A stretch of DNA of 45,024 nucleotides from IMG/VR virus record IMGVR_UViG_3300037991_000499, positions 1-45,024 of that record; one strand, written 5' to 3'. The first letter of the stretch is position 1; the number at the start of each line of letters is the position of its first letter. Of this stretch, positions 1 to 10,400 are shown in pieces. The position numbers and the translations under genes are program-made. The notes under the pieces are model-generated. The model had not been told where the DNA came from. It ran no database searches and saw only the letters and a program-made list of their open reading frames with translations. The stretch comes from a virus (lineage: Duplodnaviria > Caudoviricetes).

Positions 1-1380
1 AACCAACCACTGTTTATGCAGGGCCTTAAGCTGGAGCATGACTTTGCATCCATTAATGCAGAGATAACTGCCAAGGGTTGGGTATTCGATATGCGTGGTG
101 CTAGGAAACTAAGACGAGAACTCCAGTGGCGTATGGAAGCTATAGAGGATGAGCTAGAGCCACAACTTGGTGAAGTCTGTGTAATGAAAGGAACTAAAGA
201 GGTAGATAAACTTGTCAAAAAGAATGGAGAGTACTACAAGTCAGTCACAGATTGGTTCAATATGGAACTTGGAACCAAAGCATCTGAAGGATGGGTTTCT
301 GGTCCGTTCTCCCGAGTCGAGTTCAAGGAAGTACGCCTCGGTCAAATGGCAGAAGTAAAGAAATATCTGTATGATATTGGGTGGAAACCTGATGACTTTA
401 CTGTCAAGAAGATCAATGGGAAATGGGTAAACCAATCTCCAAAGCTAACAGAGTCCTCTCTGAAGCCCTTGGGTCTAGTTGGTGAAATGATTGGCAACTA
501 TTACATGATGCGTAACAGGTTGGCAATGGTTGAAGGCTGGATTGAAAGTGTTAAAGAGTGGGGTGATGGTAGGTTACATGGCGATATGTTTACCATAGGT
601 ACACCTAGTTTCAGATGTAGACATCGTGGTATAGTAAACATACCCGGTGTCGGAGCCCCCTATGGTAAAGAACTACGTTCCCTACTAACGTGTGAGAAAG
701 GAAGCAAGGTTATCGGTTCAGATTCTGCTGGTAACCAAGCACGAGGTCTTGCACATTACGTAGGAGATCCTGAGATGACTGCAATGATAGTCGAGGGTGA
801 TGAGAAAGAAGGAACTGACTTCCACACTCGTAATGCAGAAATCGTAGGGACTAGTCGTAAACTCGCAAAGAACTTCTTGTATGCATACTTATTCGGTGCT
901 GGTGATGCCAAGCTAGGTGAAACAGTATCTGGTATAAAGTCTGCTAAGAAGGGTAAAGAAGCCAGAGCTAAGTTCGATGGCAACTTTCCAATGCTAAAGG
1001 CACTAAAAGATAAACTAGAACGAGAGTTCAATGTTGCCAAACTAAGAGTAGGCACAGGGTTTATCACAGGTGCTGATGGTAGACGTATCATTGTAGGTTC
1101 AGAGCACCAGCTCCTTAACTACTTACTGCAAACTCTTGAGGGTATTACCTGCAAGACTGCACTTGTATATCAATACAAAAAGATTAAAGAACTAGGTTTA
1201 AAGGATACTTATCCTATTCTGTTCTACCATGACGAGACAGCATGGGTAGCGCCTAAGGAACATGCAGAAACTGTTCGTGATATTAGCATCGAGGGATTCA
1301 AGAAAGGTCCTGAGTCTGTTGGTGTTACAATAATGGATGGTTCTGGTGCCATAGGTAATAGCTATGCAGACGTACACTAA
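1..1380 (+). CDS. Family A DNA polymerase, T7-like (5' end outside window)
   Basis: Frame is open from base 1. Motif A DSAGNQAR, motif B RKLAKNFLYAYLFG, motif C YHDE, plus GRLHG and LNYLLQ. Confidence 0.95.
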   Translation, partial: NQPLFMQGLKLEHDFASINAEITAKGWVFDMRGARKLRRELQWRMEAIEDELEPQLGEVCVMKGTKEVDKLVKKNGEYYKSVTDWFNMELGTKASEGWVSGPFSRVEFKEVRLGQMAEVKKYLYDIGWKPDDFTVKKINGKWVNQSPKLTESSLKPLGLVGEMIGNYYMMRNRLAMVEGWIESVKEWGDGRLHGDMFTIGTPSFRCRHRGIVNIPGVGAPYGKELRSLLTCEKGSKVIGSDSAGNQARGLAHYVGDPEMTAMIVEGDEKEGTDFHTRNAEIVGTSRKLAKNFLYAYLFGAGDAKLGETVSGIKSAKKGKEARAKFDGNFPMLKALKDKLEREFNVAKLRVGTGFITGADGRRIIVGSEHQLLNYLLQTLEGITCKTALVYQYKKIKELGLKDTYPILFYHDETAWVAPKEHAETVRDISIEGFKKGPESVGVTIMDGSGAIGNSYADVH

Positions 1381-1391
1381 AGGTAAAATAT

Positions 1392-2135
1392 ATGTTTGAA
1401 TCAACACACAAGCCAGAGTTTGATAAGTGTTTCATTGACGCTGACTCTATACTGTATCGTATAGCAGCTACAACGGACTCTTTGACTCAAGCTAAAGGAC
1501 ACTTCGATACATCTCTGAAAGCTATCATGAGGGACACAGATAGCGTTCAGGGGTTTGTTGCAGTGAAAGGTAAGGGTAACTTCAGGTTCGAGATAGCAGA
1601 AGACTACAAAGGTAATAGGTCAAGCAGTGACATGGACCCTAAGATGAAAGCTATGCTAGATGACTTATACCAGTACGCTTGGGATACTGATTGTTTTCAG
1701 TCACATAACTGTGAGGCTGACGATGTGGTATCTATCTGGGCTACTGAAGCCTTAGAACTTGAAAGTACTTTTGTCATTGCCCACATAGATAAGGACATCG
1801 ATATGATTCCGGGCTGGCATTACAACTTCAACAAAAAGAATCTATACTATATCGAGCCTGATGATGCTCACCTGAAGCTATGTAAGCAGATGCTAACAGG
1901 CGACTCAGCTGATAACATCAAGGGCCTCAAAGGTGTAGGTGAAAAGACTGCTTTGAAGATACTCGATGGGGTATCTGCAGACGATGCATTGAATGTTGTA
2001 ATAGACCAATGGCGAAAGAAGTACCCTCGTGATTGGAAAGTACATCTTGAGAAGTGCTTCAACCTGTTGTACATGAGACGTAGCTGGGATGACTTCCGAG
2101 CGTTGACTCTCGAGGAGGTGTTCGGTGCGCCATAG
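1392..2135 (+). CDS. 5'-3' exonuclease (T7 gp6 / PIN-FEN family)
   Basis: IDADS, YKGNR, EADD, DKD and the H3TH motif GDSADNIKGLKGVGEKTA. Confidence 0.93.
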   Translation: MFESTHKPEFDKCFIDADSILYRIAATTDSLTQAKGHFDTSLKAIMRDTDSVQGFVAVKGKGNFRFEIAEDYKGNRSSSDMDPKMKAMLDDLYQYAWDTDCFQSHNCEADDVVSIWATEALELESTFVIAHIDKDIDMIPGWHYNFNKKNLYYIEPDDAHLKLCKQMLTGDSADNIKGLKGVGEKTALKILDGVSADDALNVVIDQWRKKYPRDWKVHLEKCFNLLYMRRSWDDFRALTLEEVFGAP

Positions 2136-2301
2136 CATTGTGTACGTACCACTTGCCATACTACTGGGGATTCTCTTTGGTATGGCAGCTAACCTATATA
2201 TACTTACAAAACAAACAGAAGTAAAACCAGTAGAGACTAACAAGTATCTTTGTGAGAAAGTTAGTGGTAAGTTTGAATGTGAGAAATACTTGGAGGACTA
2301 A
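2125..2301 (+). CDS. Small membrane protein, 58 aa (not in ORF track)
   Basis: GAGGAGG RBS at 2112-2118, GTG start, MRHSIVYVPLAILLGILFGMAANLYIL...; stop abuts the next ATG at 2302. Confidence 0.7.
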   Translation: MRHSIVYVPLAILLGILFGMAANLYILTKQTEVKPVETNKYLCEKVSGKFECEKYLED

Positions 2302-2811
2302 ATGGATTTAGGACATTGGAAGTACGAAGGTGAGCCATTCGATCCCGATGATTATTTCGGGTTCATCTATATCATATCAGTAGATCATGATAGTGGTTGC
2401 ACTCGGTATATAGGTAAGAAGCAATTCCATAGCTACAAGAAAAAGAAAAGAGATAAAGAATCTAACTGGAGAACATACACAAGTTCTTCAAAGCATCTGA
2501 ACTCTCTGATCTCAGAAGTAGCTAAAGATAAAGTGTCACTAGAAATAGTGCAACTGTTTGAAACCAGAGGTGGCCTAGTGGCTGGAGAATGTAAAGTCCA
2601 ATGGTACCTCGATGTATTAACTGAAAAGGATGGGGAGGGTGTACCTCTCTACCTTAACAGACAAATAGGCGCAGTAAAATTTATTCCAAAGGAAGCAATA
2701 ACTGATGAAACAAAAAGCAAACTTGATGAGTTATACAGAAGTGGAAGATTACTTATCCAAGGACAAGAGCAAGAAGTGCACAAGGAGGTTGGCAAAGGAA
2801 CTAGCGAGTAA
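2302..2811 (+). CDS. GIY-YIG (Seg-like) endonuclease
   Basis: GFIYII...YIGKK, WRTYTSSS, conserved E and N; GGAGG RBS. Confidence 0.75.
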   Translation: MDLGHWKYEGEPFDPDDYFGFIYIISVDHDSGCTRYIGKKQFHSYKKKKRDKESNWRTYTSSSKHLNSLISEVAKDKVSLEIVQLFETRGGLVAGECKVQWYLDVLTEKDGEGVPLYLNRQIGAVKFIPKEAITDETKSKLDELYRSGRLLIQGQEQEVHKEVGKGTSE

Positions 2812-2857
2812 TAAACGTAAACAAGCTAAAAGCATGAAAGAAAGTAGGTGGCAGTGA
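2705..2857 (+). CDS. Small basic protein, 50 aa, overlapping the endonuclease 3' end
   Basis: MKQKANLMSY...KESRWQ; AAGGAAG upstream; TGATG coupling to the primase ATG at 2857. Confidence 0.45.
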   Translation: MKQKANLMSYTEVEDYLSKDKSKKCTRRLAKELASNKRKQAKSMKESRWQ

Positions 2858-4494
2858 TGGCTGGTGCTAGATTTGTAGGACATATGCCCTGTAACTATTG
2901 TGGTTCCTCTGATGCAGTAGGGATGTACAGTGATGGCAGAGGTAAATGCTTCAACTGCAATAAAGTTAATTATGCAGATCAATATGAAAATGGTGTCGAA
3001 GGGACACAAACAGAAACTAAACAAATGGTTCAGACTATGCAATATAATGAGTCACTATCTGATATACAAACGTATGACTCTCGTGGTGTGCGTGAAAGAA
3101 GCATAACCAAACGAGTGTCTGAGTTCTTCGACATGAAGGTAAGCTACGCAGAGAATGGTAGTATAGATGCACACTACTATCCCTACACAGTAGCAGGTAA
3201 AGTAGTAGCTTATAAGAAACGACAACTCCCTAAGAACTTCCGAGTTGTGGGTGACATGAAAGACCCTAAGTTAGAACTCTTTGGTCAGTCTAAGTTTACA
3301 GGTGGTAAATACCTCGTTATTACTGAGGGTGAGTTGGATGCAATGGCAGTCGCCCAAGCTTCCTTAGACACCAGTAATCGTATCTACCCTGTAGTCTCGT
3401 TACCTTCATCATCTAACATGAAGATACTCTTGAACAATCGTGAGTGGATTCGTGGGTTCTCAGAAGTTATCTTAATGTTTGACAAAGATGAAGCTGGTGA
3501 CAAGGCTTTGACTGAAGCTGCAAAGATAATAGGCTGGGATAAAGTAAAGGTTGCAACTCTACAAGAGAATGACCCTTGTGATACATTAGTAAAGCATGGA
3601 TCAGTAGCACTGAAATCTGCTATATTCAATGCCAAAGCGTATACACCTGCTTCTATTGTGAGAGGTGAATCAATTTGGGAAGCATACCAAGAGCGTAAAG
3701 CTGTCGAGTCAATACCATACCCTAAGTGTCTGGAGGGACTCAACGATAAACTCGAAGGTATGCGTAAAGGTGAGATTGTATTGTTTACTTCAGGTACAGG
3801 CTCAGGTAAATCTACCATGATCAAAGAGATCATTTTGGAATTGCAAGATAACACCGAGGACAACATTGGGTTGGTGTCCCTTGAGGAATCTATTGGCGAC
3901 TCAGCTGAGAAGTTCATCAAGATGTTTACACCAGAGAATCCAACTCCCGAGGAGGAAAGGGAAGCATTCGAAAGAGTGTTTGGAAATGAAAGGTTAATCT
4001 TGCTAGACCACAATGGGGCAGTCTCTGACTCGTCTCTAATTGATCAGATAGAAAACTTGTGTCTACTTGGATGTGAATACATTATACTAGATCACATTAC
4101 AATTGCTGTATCAGAAGGTGCAGATGGTAAGACAGGTAACGAAGCTATTGACTCTGTCATGAGTGACCTACTCAAGATAGTTAAGAAGCATAACGTATGG
4201 TTAGGTCTTATCAGTCACCTCCGTAAGTCTCAGGGTAAGTCATTCGAAGAAGGTCACTTGGCATCTATCGATGACATCAAAGGCTCTGGTAGTATCAAGC
4301 AGATTAGTTTTGATATTGTAACCTTTGCTCGTAACCTTGTTGCTGAAAGCGAAGAGGAACGTAATACAATACGATTGCGTGTACTCAAGTCACGATTCAC
4401 AGGTAAAACTGGGGACGCTGGCTCTGCTTCCTACGACACCATAACGAGGAGACTTACAGGTCAGCAGGACTTTGACTCTTATAACTTTGGATAA
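2857..4494 (+). CDS. DNA primase-helicase (T7 gp4-like)
   Basis: Zn finger CxxC...CxxC, TOPRIM EGELD and FDKD, Walker A GTGSGKS, ILDHI, SHL, KGSGSIKQ, KSRFTG. Start placed at the ATG overlapping the upstream stop. Confidence 0.96.
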   Translation: MAGARFVGHMPCNYCGSSDAVGMYSDGRGKCFNCNKVNYADQYENGVEGTQTETKQMVQTMQYNESLSDIQTYDSRGVRERSITKRVSEFFDMKVSYAENGSIDAHYYPYTVAGKVVAYKKRQLPKNFRVVGDMKDPKLELFGQSKFTGGKYLVITEGELDAMAVAQASLDTSNRIYPVVSLPSSSNMKILLNNREWIRGFSEVILMFDKDEAGDKALTEAAKIIGWDKVKVATLQENDPCDTLVKHGSVALKSAIFNAKAYTPASIVRGESIWEAYQERKAVESIPYPKCLEGLNDKLEGMRKGEIVLFTSGTGSGKSTMIKEIILELQDNTEDNIGLVSLEESIGDSAEKFIKMFTPENPTPEEEREAFERVFGNERLILLDHNGAVSDSSLIDQIENLCLLGCEYIILDHITIAVSEGADGKTGNEAIDSVMSDLLKIVKKHNVWLGLISHLRKSQGKSFEEGHLASIDDIKGSGSIKQISFDIVTFARNLVAESEEERNTIRLRVLKSRFTGKTGDAGSASYDTITRRLTGQQDFDSYNFG

Positions 4495-4499
4495 TCAGA

Positions 4500-6593
4500 A
4501 TGACCCAAGCAATACAAGAAGTAACAAAGTACATCGAGGGTAAGTGCAATTCAATATCTCGAGGAAGAATGCACACAGGGGCTCGTCTAATAAACTTGAT
4601 GAGACCCTACTCTGTAGATATGGCTGCTTTAACAGTGAGGGCTGTATCTGCAGCCTCTCTCTGCTACCAGAAGAGTAGGCGTAAGTCAGATGCACCATTC
4701 AAGTTGACTGTGACATCTACATCGATTGGTCTTAGTGTTATATCCCATATGGGTGTATTCAATACTAACTACCAAGAGTTGTTGTCTGTTGGGGATTTAT
4801 ACTTGGAAGCTTTACTTCAGCTAGGCTTTATACAAATAGAGAGGGAGTACGATGGGTATAGAGCACCTTACATAATCAAGCTGACTGATCGTTGGATTGA
4901 GATAGGTGACCTACCCCCTGAGTATGAGAAACACACTCTCATGGGTACTTCCTTTGTAAAGCCAAAGCCAATCAATGGACTCAGGAATGAGTTCACCAAG
5001 CGACCATATATAAAGCGTATGAGTTCGGAAAGGGATTTCCAACAGTTGCTTGACAGGCCCTTTGTGAAAGCACTTGATAAACTACAATCAACTGCATGGA
5101 AGATAAACATACCTATTGCTAAAGCACTGGAAACAAACATACATAAGTTCCTTGATCTCGAGGATACCTCAATGAAGTCCAGATCAAAAGCAATAGAGAT
5201 GAAGTTTGTCTTATCTAAAGTACATGCAATAAGTGATAACAAGTTTTATCAAATGGTAGAGTGTGATTATCGTGGTAGGATCTACTACACAGAATCATTC
5301 TTTAACTTCCAAGGGTCTGATATAGCCAAAGGTCTATTCCTATTTGAAGATGGTAAACCATTAGACGATAAGGGGTACCAATGGTTATGCATACATACAG
5401 CTTGTTCATACAACCAATCATACAACATCGAGGATTTACCCGAATGGCTAACAACAGACTATCGAATCTATCTGCAAGACGAAGGATTAACCACAATCTC
5501 AGTAGACAAAATGACTCTCAAAGATCGAGAACTGTGGACACTGAACAATCTCACTTGGATAACCCAATTGGCAGATGGGGAAGAGTTCAGGATGGAAGCA
5601 GAGAAACCAGTGAGTTTCCTAGCAGCATGCACAGAGATTCGAAATTATCTTAACTGTAACGATACATATATGTGTCATTTGCCGATACCTGTGGATGGAT
5701 CTAACAATGGTTGGCAACACTTAGCTGCTATGTCAAAGGACAAACAAGCAGGAGACTTGGTGTCTCTTGTACCTAACGACATACAGAAAGACTTCTATGT
5801 TCAAGTTGCTAAAAGATTAATAGAGAGGTTACCCGAATGGTTTGACGAAAGAAAGATGCCCATGAAAGCTATACGTAAAGGTATAGCAAAGCGTGGGTCT
5901 ATGACTAGAGCATACTCTGCAGGTCAAAAGAAGATAGCTATAAACATGTACCATGACTGTAAGGTTGAAGGTTATACCGAAAAGTACAACATCACAGAAG
6001 ATGATTGTAAAATACTAGCAAAGAACCTGATACTAGCAATCAATGATACTTGTGTAGGTCCGTTAAAGACCATGAAGTTTATCCAAAAGATAACTGACTA
6101 TCTTCTAAACCAAGGAGAGACTTGCACTAAATGGGAAACTCCCTCAGGGTTCCCTGTGTTATACGAAGTGTGGCGACAAAAGAACATCTGTGTTAGGAGT
6201 TCTATCTATGGCTTAGGTCAGATAGGTCACTCCATAAAGATACCTATGATAACGCAGAATGGTGACATGATGCCTTGCCGTAGGTCTTTTGCGTCTGGCT
6301 GTAGTCCAAACTTTGTACACTCAATGGATGCTGCTCACATGGCTAAAGTGATCGATAGTTTCCCCGGAGACTTTGGAGCTATACATGACTCCTTCTCAAC
6401 TCATGCATGTGATGTAGATAAACTACTGGATCATACCAAGTGGCAGTTCGCAATGATGTACAACAAACAAAACTTCTTTAACAATATAGAAACTATGATG
6501 CTTACCACAAGAAAAGACTATGATGTAAAGCAACCTATACTGGGTGAGCTAGACATCTCAGAGATAATATCATCTGATTATTTCTTTTGTTAA
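4500..6593 (+). CDS. Single-subunit DNA-directed RNA polymerase, T7 family, short N-terminus
   Basis: DYRGRIY, NFQGSD, motif A PVDGSNNGWQH, motif B RKGIAKRGSMTRAY, PNFVHSMDA, motif C IHDSF. Confidence 0.95.
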   Translation: MTQAIQEVTKYIEGKCNSISRGRMHTGARLINLMRPYSVDMAALTVRAVSAASLCYQKSRRKSDAPFKLTVTSTSIGLSVISHMGVFNTNYQELLSVGDLYLEALLQLGFIQIEREYDGYRAPYIIKLTDRWIEIGDLPPEYEKHTLMGTSFVKPKPINGLRNEFTKRPYIKRMSSERDFQQLLDRPFVKALDKLQSTAWKINIPIAKALETNIHKFLDLEDTSMKSRSKAIEMKFVLSKVHAISDNKFYQMVECDYRGRIYYTESFFNFQGSDIAKGLFLFEDGKPLDDKGYQWLCIHTACSYNQSYNIEDLPEWLTTDYRIYLQDEGLTTISVDKMTLKDRELWTLNNLTWITQLADGEEFRMEAEKPVSFLAACTEIRNYLNCNDTYMCHLPIPVDGSNNGWQHLAAMSKDKQAGDLVSLVPNDIQKDFYVQVAKRLIERLPEWFDERKMPMKAIRKGIAKRGSMTRAYSAGQKKIAINMYHDCKVEGYTEKYNITEDDCKILAKNLILAINDTCVGPLKTMKFIQKITDYLLNQGETCTKWETPSGFPVLYEVWRQKNICVRSSIYGLGQIGHSIKIPMITQNGDMMPCRRSFASGCSPNFVHSMDAAHMAKVIDSFPGDFGAIHDSFSTHACDVDKLLDHTKWQFAMMYNKQNFFNNIETMMLTTRKDYDVKQPILGELDISEIISSDYFFC

Positions 6594-6607
6594 GTGAGGA
6601 GGAAACA

Positions 6608-6826
6608 ATGACAGACAACGTAACAAGTATGCCGGGTGTAAGTCCAACTGACCCCAAGATAGAACCTGACAAGTACGATGCGGAGAATGCTTTGATGGAA
6701 GATCTTAAAAACTTAATAGAAAAGTACAATGGTCTTATCTCTAATGTAGCTATGGTAGGATGCATACAGATAACCCAAGATATGCTAACAATTAATCTGA
6801 TGACACAAGGAATTGAAGATGACTAA
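6608..6826 (+). CDS. Hypothetical protein
   Basis: GAGGAGGA RBS before ATG 6608; fills the operon gap. Confidence 0.7.
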   Translation: MTDNVTSMPGVSPTDPKIEPDKYDAENALMEDLKNLIEKYNGLISNVAMVGCIQITQDMLTINLMTQGIEDD

Positions 6827-7151
6827 ACAAAATGGATATAAAATCTTTGAAGAGCTAGAGGAGTCTGTAATCCAATGGGCATTCACAAAAGGTATCCTAG
6901 GGGACTACTCAATGGAACGCAGACTAGCTCAGCTAAGTAAATTCGAAGAAGAAGCTTCTGAGTTTATGCATGAAGTAGAAAGTGAAAACCTCCATGCTAT
7001 ACGAGACGAGCTAGGAGACGTTCTGGTAACGCTTATTATCCAAGCAAACCTATGGGGTCTATCCCTGTCAGAATGCTTAGAGGAAGCTTATGAGAAGATC
7101 TCTGCTCGATCTGGTCAGATGATCGATGGCGTATTTGTTAAAGATGAATAA
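6819..7151 (+). CDS. MazG-like nucleotide pyrophosphohydrolase
   Basis: EEASE...DELGDV acidic motif; AYEKI..R.G.MIDGVFVK C-terminus typical of phage MazG-like proteins. Confidence 0.88.
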   Translation: MTKQNGYKIFEELEESVIQWAFTKGILGDYSMERRLAQLSKFEEEASEFMHEVESENLHAIRDELGDVLVTLIIQANLWGLSLSECLEEAYEKISARSGQMIDGVFVKDE

Positions 7152-7162
7152 AGGAAACTAAA

Positions 7163-7417
7163 ATGAGTGAAAAGAAATCATACAACGTAACACCTGATAT
7201 TGATGATATGGAGTATGTAGATATGATGGGTCTTGACCCTGAACTTGCATACACACCTGAGATTAATGATGCTATTCTTCAGCATATCTACTCTGAAAAT
7301 ATCAAACACTATACTGATCGAGGTGATGAACTTGAATTAGCTACACAAAAAGCACAGGTACACTTGAATCAGGGTAAGGCTACTGTAAAACACGCAATAG
7401 AAAAGCGTGGTTACTAG
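7163..7417 (+). CDS. Hypothetical protein
   Basis: AAGGA RBS; last gene before the terminator. Confidence 0.75.
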   Translation: MSEKKSYNVTPDIDDMEYVDMMGLDPELAYTPEINDAILQHIYSENIKHYTDRGDELELATQKAQVHLNQGKATVKHAIEKRGY

Positions 7418-7420
7418 TCG

Positions 7421-7457
7421 AAAAAAAAGACCCCACTAGAAATAATCTAGTAGGGTC
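7421..7457 (-). terminator. Rho-independent terminator for the late (- strand) operon
   Basis: On - strand: GACCCTACTAGA-TTATT-TCTAGTGGGGTC followed by T8. Confidence 0.85.
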
Positions 7458-7464
7458 AACCTAT

Positions 7465-7493
7465 GGGGCTCCTTCGGGAGCCTCTTATTTTTT
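7465..7493 (+). terminator. Rho-independent terminator, UUCG loop
   Basis: GGGGCTCC-TTCG-GGAGCCTC-TTATTTTTT. Confidence 0.88.
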
Positions 7494-7495
7494 AA

Positions 7496-10400
7496 TTATG
7501 GTAGAGGGATACCCTCATAGTCCATCTTGACATTGTCAGTAGAATACTGATGTATGCCTTTGAGGTCCTTGAGTAATTTCTCTCTACGCTGCTTAGCATT
7601 CTTAGCTATAATAGAGAATTTTGATTTTATTTTATTACTATACGAAGTTTCGAAAAACATCTTCGAAAAGCTATAAGCATTTGCATTTGTTATCTTAGCC
7701 ACAGGATCCCCTCCTTTTGGGAGAGACTTGCGTACTGACTCAACAAACTTTTCAGCTCTGCCTGTAATACGAGAACCATACTTTTCTGTAGACTTTTCAG
7801 GGTCTGCTGCCATCTGCGTAATCAAACCCCAAAGGTACTCCGCATGGTTCCTATCAGACATAGCAGCCTTAGGGTTATCCTGAGCAGCTTTCTTCATCTT
7901 AGCTAAGCCAACTAGCTCAGTAGTCTTAAAGCCTTTCTCAAGCTCACCAAGTAAGTCGTACTCCTTATGCATCTTTAACCAAACATCATTAATACCTTTT
8001 GTTACACTAAGGAAAGACCCTAGGTCTGTAACAACAGCATCAAAGATAGGTAGAATATATGGGTCACGACCTCCATTCTCCTTACGTAACTTACTAATTA
8101 CTTCACCAGTAACAATGTTTACCATGGTAGCACCATCTAGCTGGATAACAACCTGAGGGCCTCCTGCACCTCGAGTAGCACCACCCGGGATACCGCCTTT
8201 GGCTTTAACCATAGATATTACTTGACGTACCATTGTCGTAAGCTTCTTACGTTGAGATTCTAATCCAGAAACACCCGGAGACTTTTCACTAGTTTCAATG
8301 AATGATCCAGACTCACCTTTAGCTCTAATACGAGTAGGTATTTCTTTGATAGACTCATACGAGTATTCACGCTCATTTATAGAAGACTTTATACCCAAAG
8401 CGTTTGTGTACACGATAGGCTCATTAACGATAGCTGACATCTCAATATAATCTTGCAAGGTTTGAATGTAATCCACAACATCTTTACCAAGAGTGTTCGT
8501 CAACTCACCTGTCAGTACATGATGCAATGCGCCAGCTAACATATCAGTACCTAATTGATCTGCAATCTGAGTAAGTCTTTTACTTTCAGCTATAGTCTTG
8601 TAAGCCTGACCTTTCATAGCGCTCAAAGACTGACCATAAGGTAACGTCATCATTGGTGGCTTTAAGAAGTTTTTCTTATCATCAGCAGCAAGCTTAATAG
8701 CTTCCATGATAAGACCTGCATCCTCGCTATCGGCAATGTTATGCATCCTCTTAAATGATTCATTTTCAAGGTAATTGTTAGCGTTAGATAATATGTTAGC
8801 TTTTAATAAATCACGAAGGTCACCTTCAATACCTAAGTAATCAGATAAAACTTTATCAGGATCATCTTGGAGTACACCAACTCGATACATAGGATCTTGC
8901 AAACCAAGTTGAGTTACAATAGCAGCAAGTCCGTTAGAGATACCATCGACTTCTACAGGTCTCATTTGAGATGTAAATGACTTATTATTATTCTTGGCAT
9001 CCATGTAACGAGCAAATTCCATAGCATGCTCAATGATACTTATGAACTCTGCAGGGTGCTCTTTAGCCTTATTTAAAAACGCTAATGTAGTGCCAGAGAG
9101 ACCACCTAAAGCTTCATTTAAAGCATCAGCTTCTGGTACTGTAACTAACTCATTAACACCAAAGATACCATTCTCGTTAGCCTCTAACTGAGATAATCGA
9201 GAAACAGTACTGTCTGGGTTAAACCCTAACATGACTGTAGCTAGTTCTTTACCAGCATGCTCAACAATCCTTAATTCAGGATCATTTTTAAAGTCAGCAA
9301 TACGAGCTTTCATACGAGATGCAGATTGCTCAGGTACAAATAAAGCTTGATTAAACAAAGTAGCTCCAAACGAAACTAACATTGCAGTATGCTCTTTCGA
9401 GTTTACTCCGGGCTTTATAGTGTACAAGCTAGATGAACCTAACACATTACGAGCTATCTTATGTGCTTGAGGATTCATAACTTGCTGTTGCATAGTTAGT
9501 CGAGTGTTAGCTAGTTGTCGAGAGAATGTAAAAGAAATCTGCTGATCTTTGTGAACAGCCAAATCGTTTAACATTTCAAGTTGTCTTGTAGCATGTCTTT
9601 GGTACATACTTTGTTGCCAAGACTCTTTGCTTGACTCGCTAATCAAGTCCCTCAGTGCCTCTGCTTTGTTAGCTAAGAACTCTGCACGAGGACTTCCGGG
9701 AAGTGAGCTTTGAATTTGCTTGATAACTTCATCTAACTTAAACTGAGCTTCTACAGGTATACGATTTATTTTATTTATTCTATCTTGACCTATATCAAAG
9801 AAATCAGCAGCGTATGTGAAGTGACTATTACCACCCATTACCCTAGCCTTAGTAGCTTCTTGTATTGCCTTTAAACCGAAAGCAAAAGCTAATTTACCAC
9901 GCATTCCACCAACGACATGCCTCACATTAGCATAGTAAGACATAGCTTCATATATCTTGTTTTGGTGTTTAATGCCTGTCTTTAACTGTCTACCTGTAGT
10001 TTCTTTGGCAAAAGCCTGACTACCTTGACGAGGTTGACCTCTGCTACTAGGTGTACCAACAAGAGGTTTAATCTTAAATGTAGGTAATTTAAGTCTAGCA
10101 GCTCTCTCTTTTATCTTTTCCTGACCATAGGGAGTTAGTTGATAAAAGTCATTGTCAGTATCATAGGGAACAGCCTTTAGTATTTCAGGGTTAGCCTGAG
10201 CATACATCTGCATAGCATGTAAACCAGCAAGTGAGTAAGCTTCTTGAGTTAGCTTCGGCATATTTTCAAGACTTGGTCTAGTAAATTCACCACCTTCTCT
10301 AGCTCCCCTAGTAGCGTACCACATCTTTTGAATAGACCTGCCCATAGACTCTATTGTTTGAGCTTGAGACTCTTCGATCTCTTGTTGTAGCCCTAAGTCT

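Noticed and set aside
721-1236. DNA polymerase as a DpoZ (2-aminoadenine DNA)
   Set aside because: Motif C is the canonical HDE and no purZ is present in the window; MazG alone is not diagnostic.
241-6765. Antisense and alternate-frame ORFs over the replication genes (for example 756-1091, 3384-4013, 4868-5242)
   Set aside because: Shadows of well-supported + strand genes, with no motifs.
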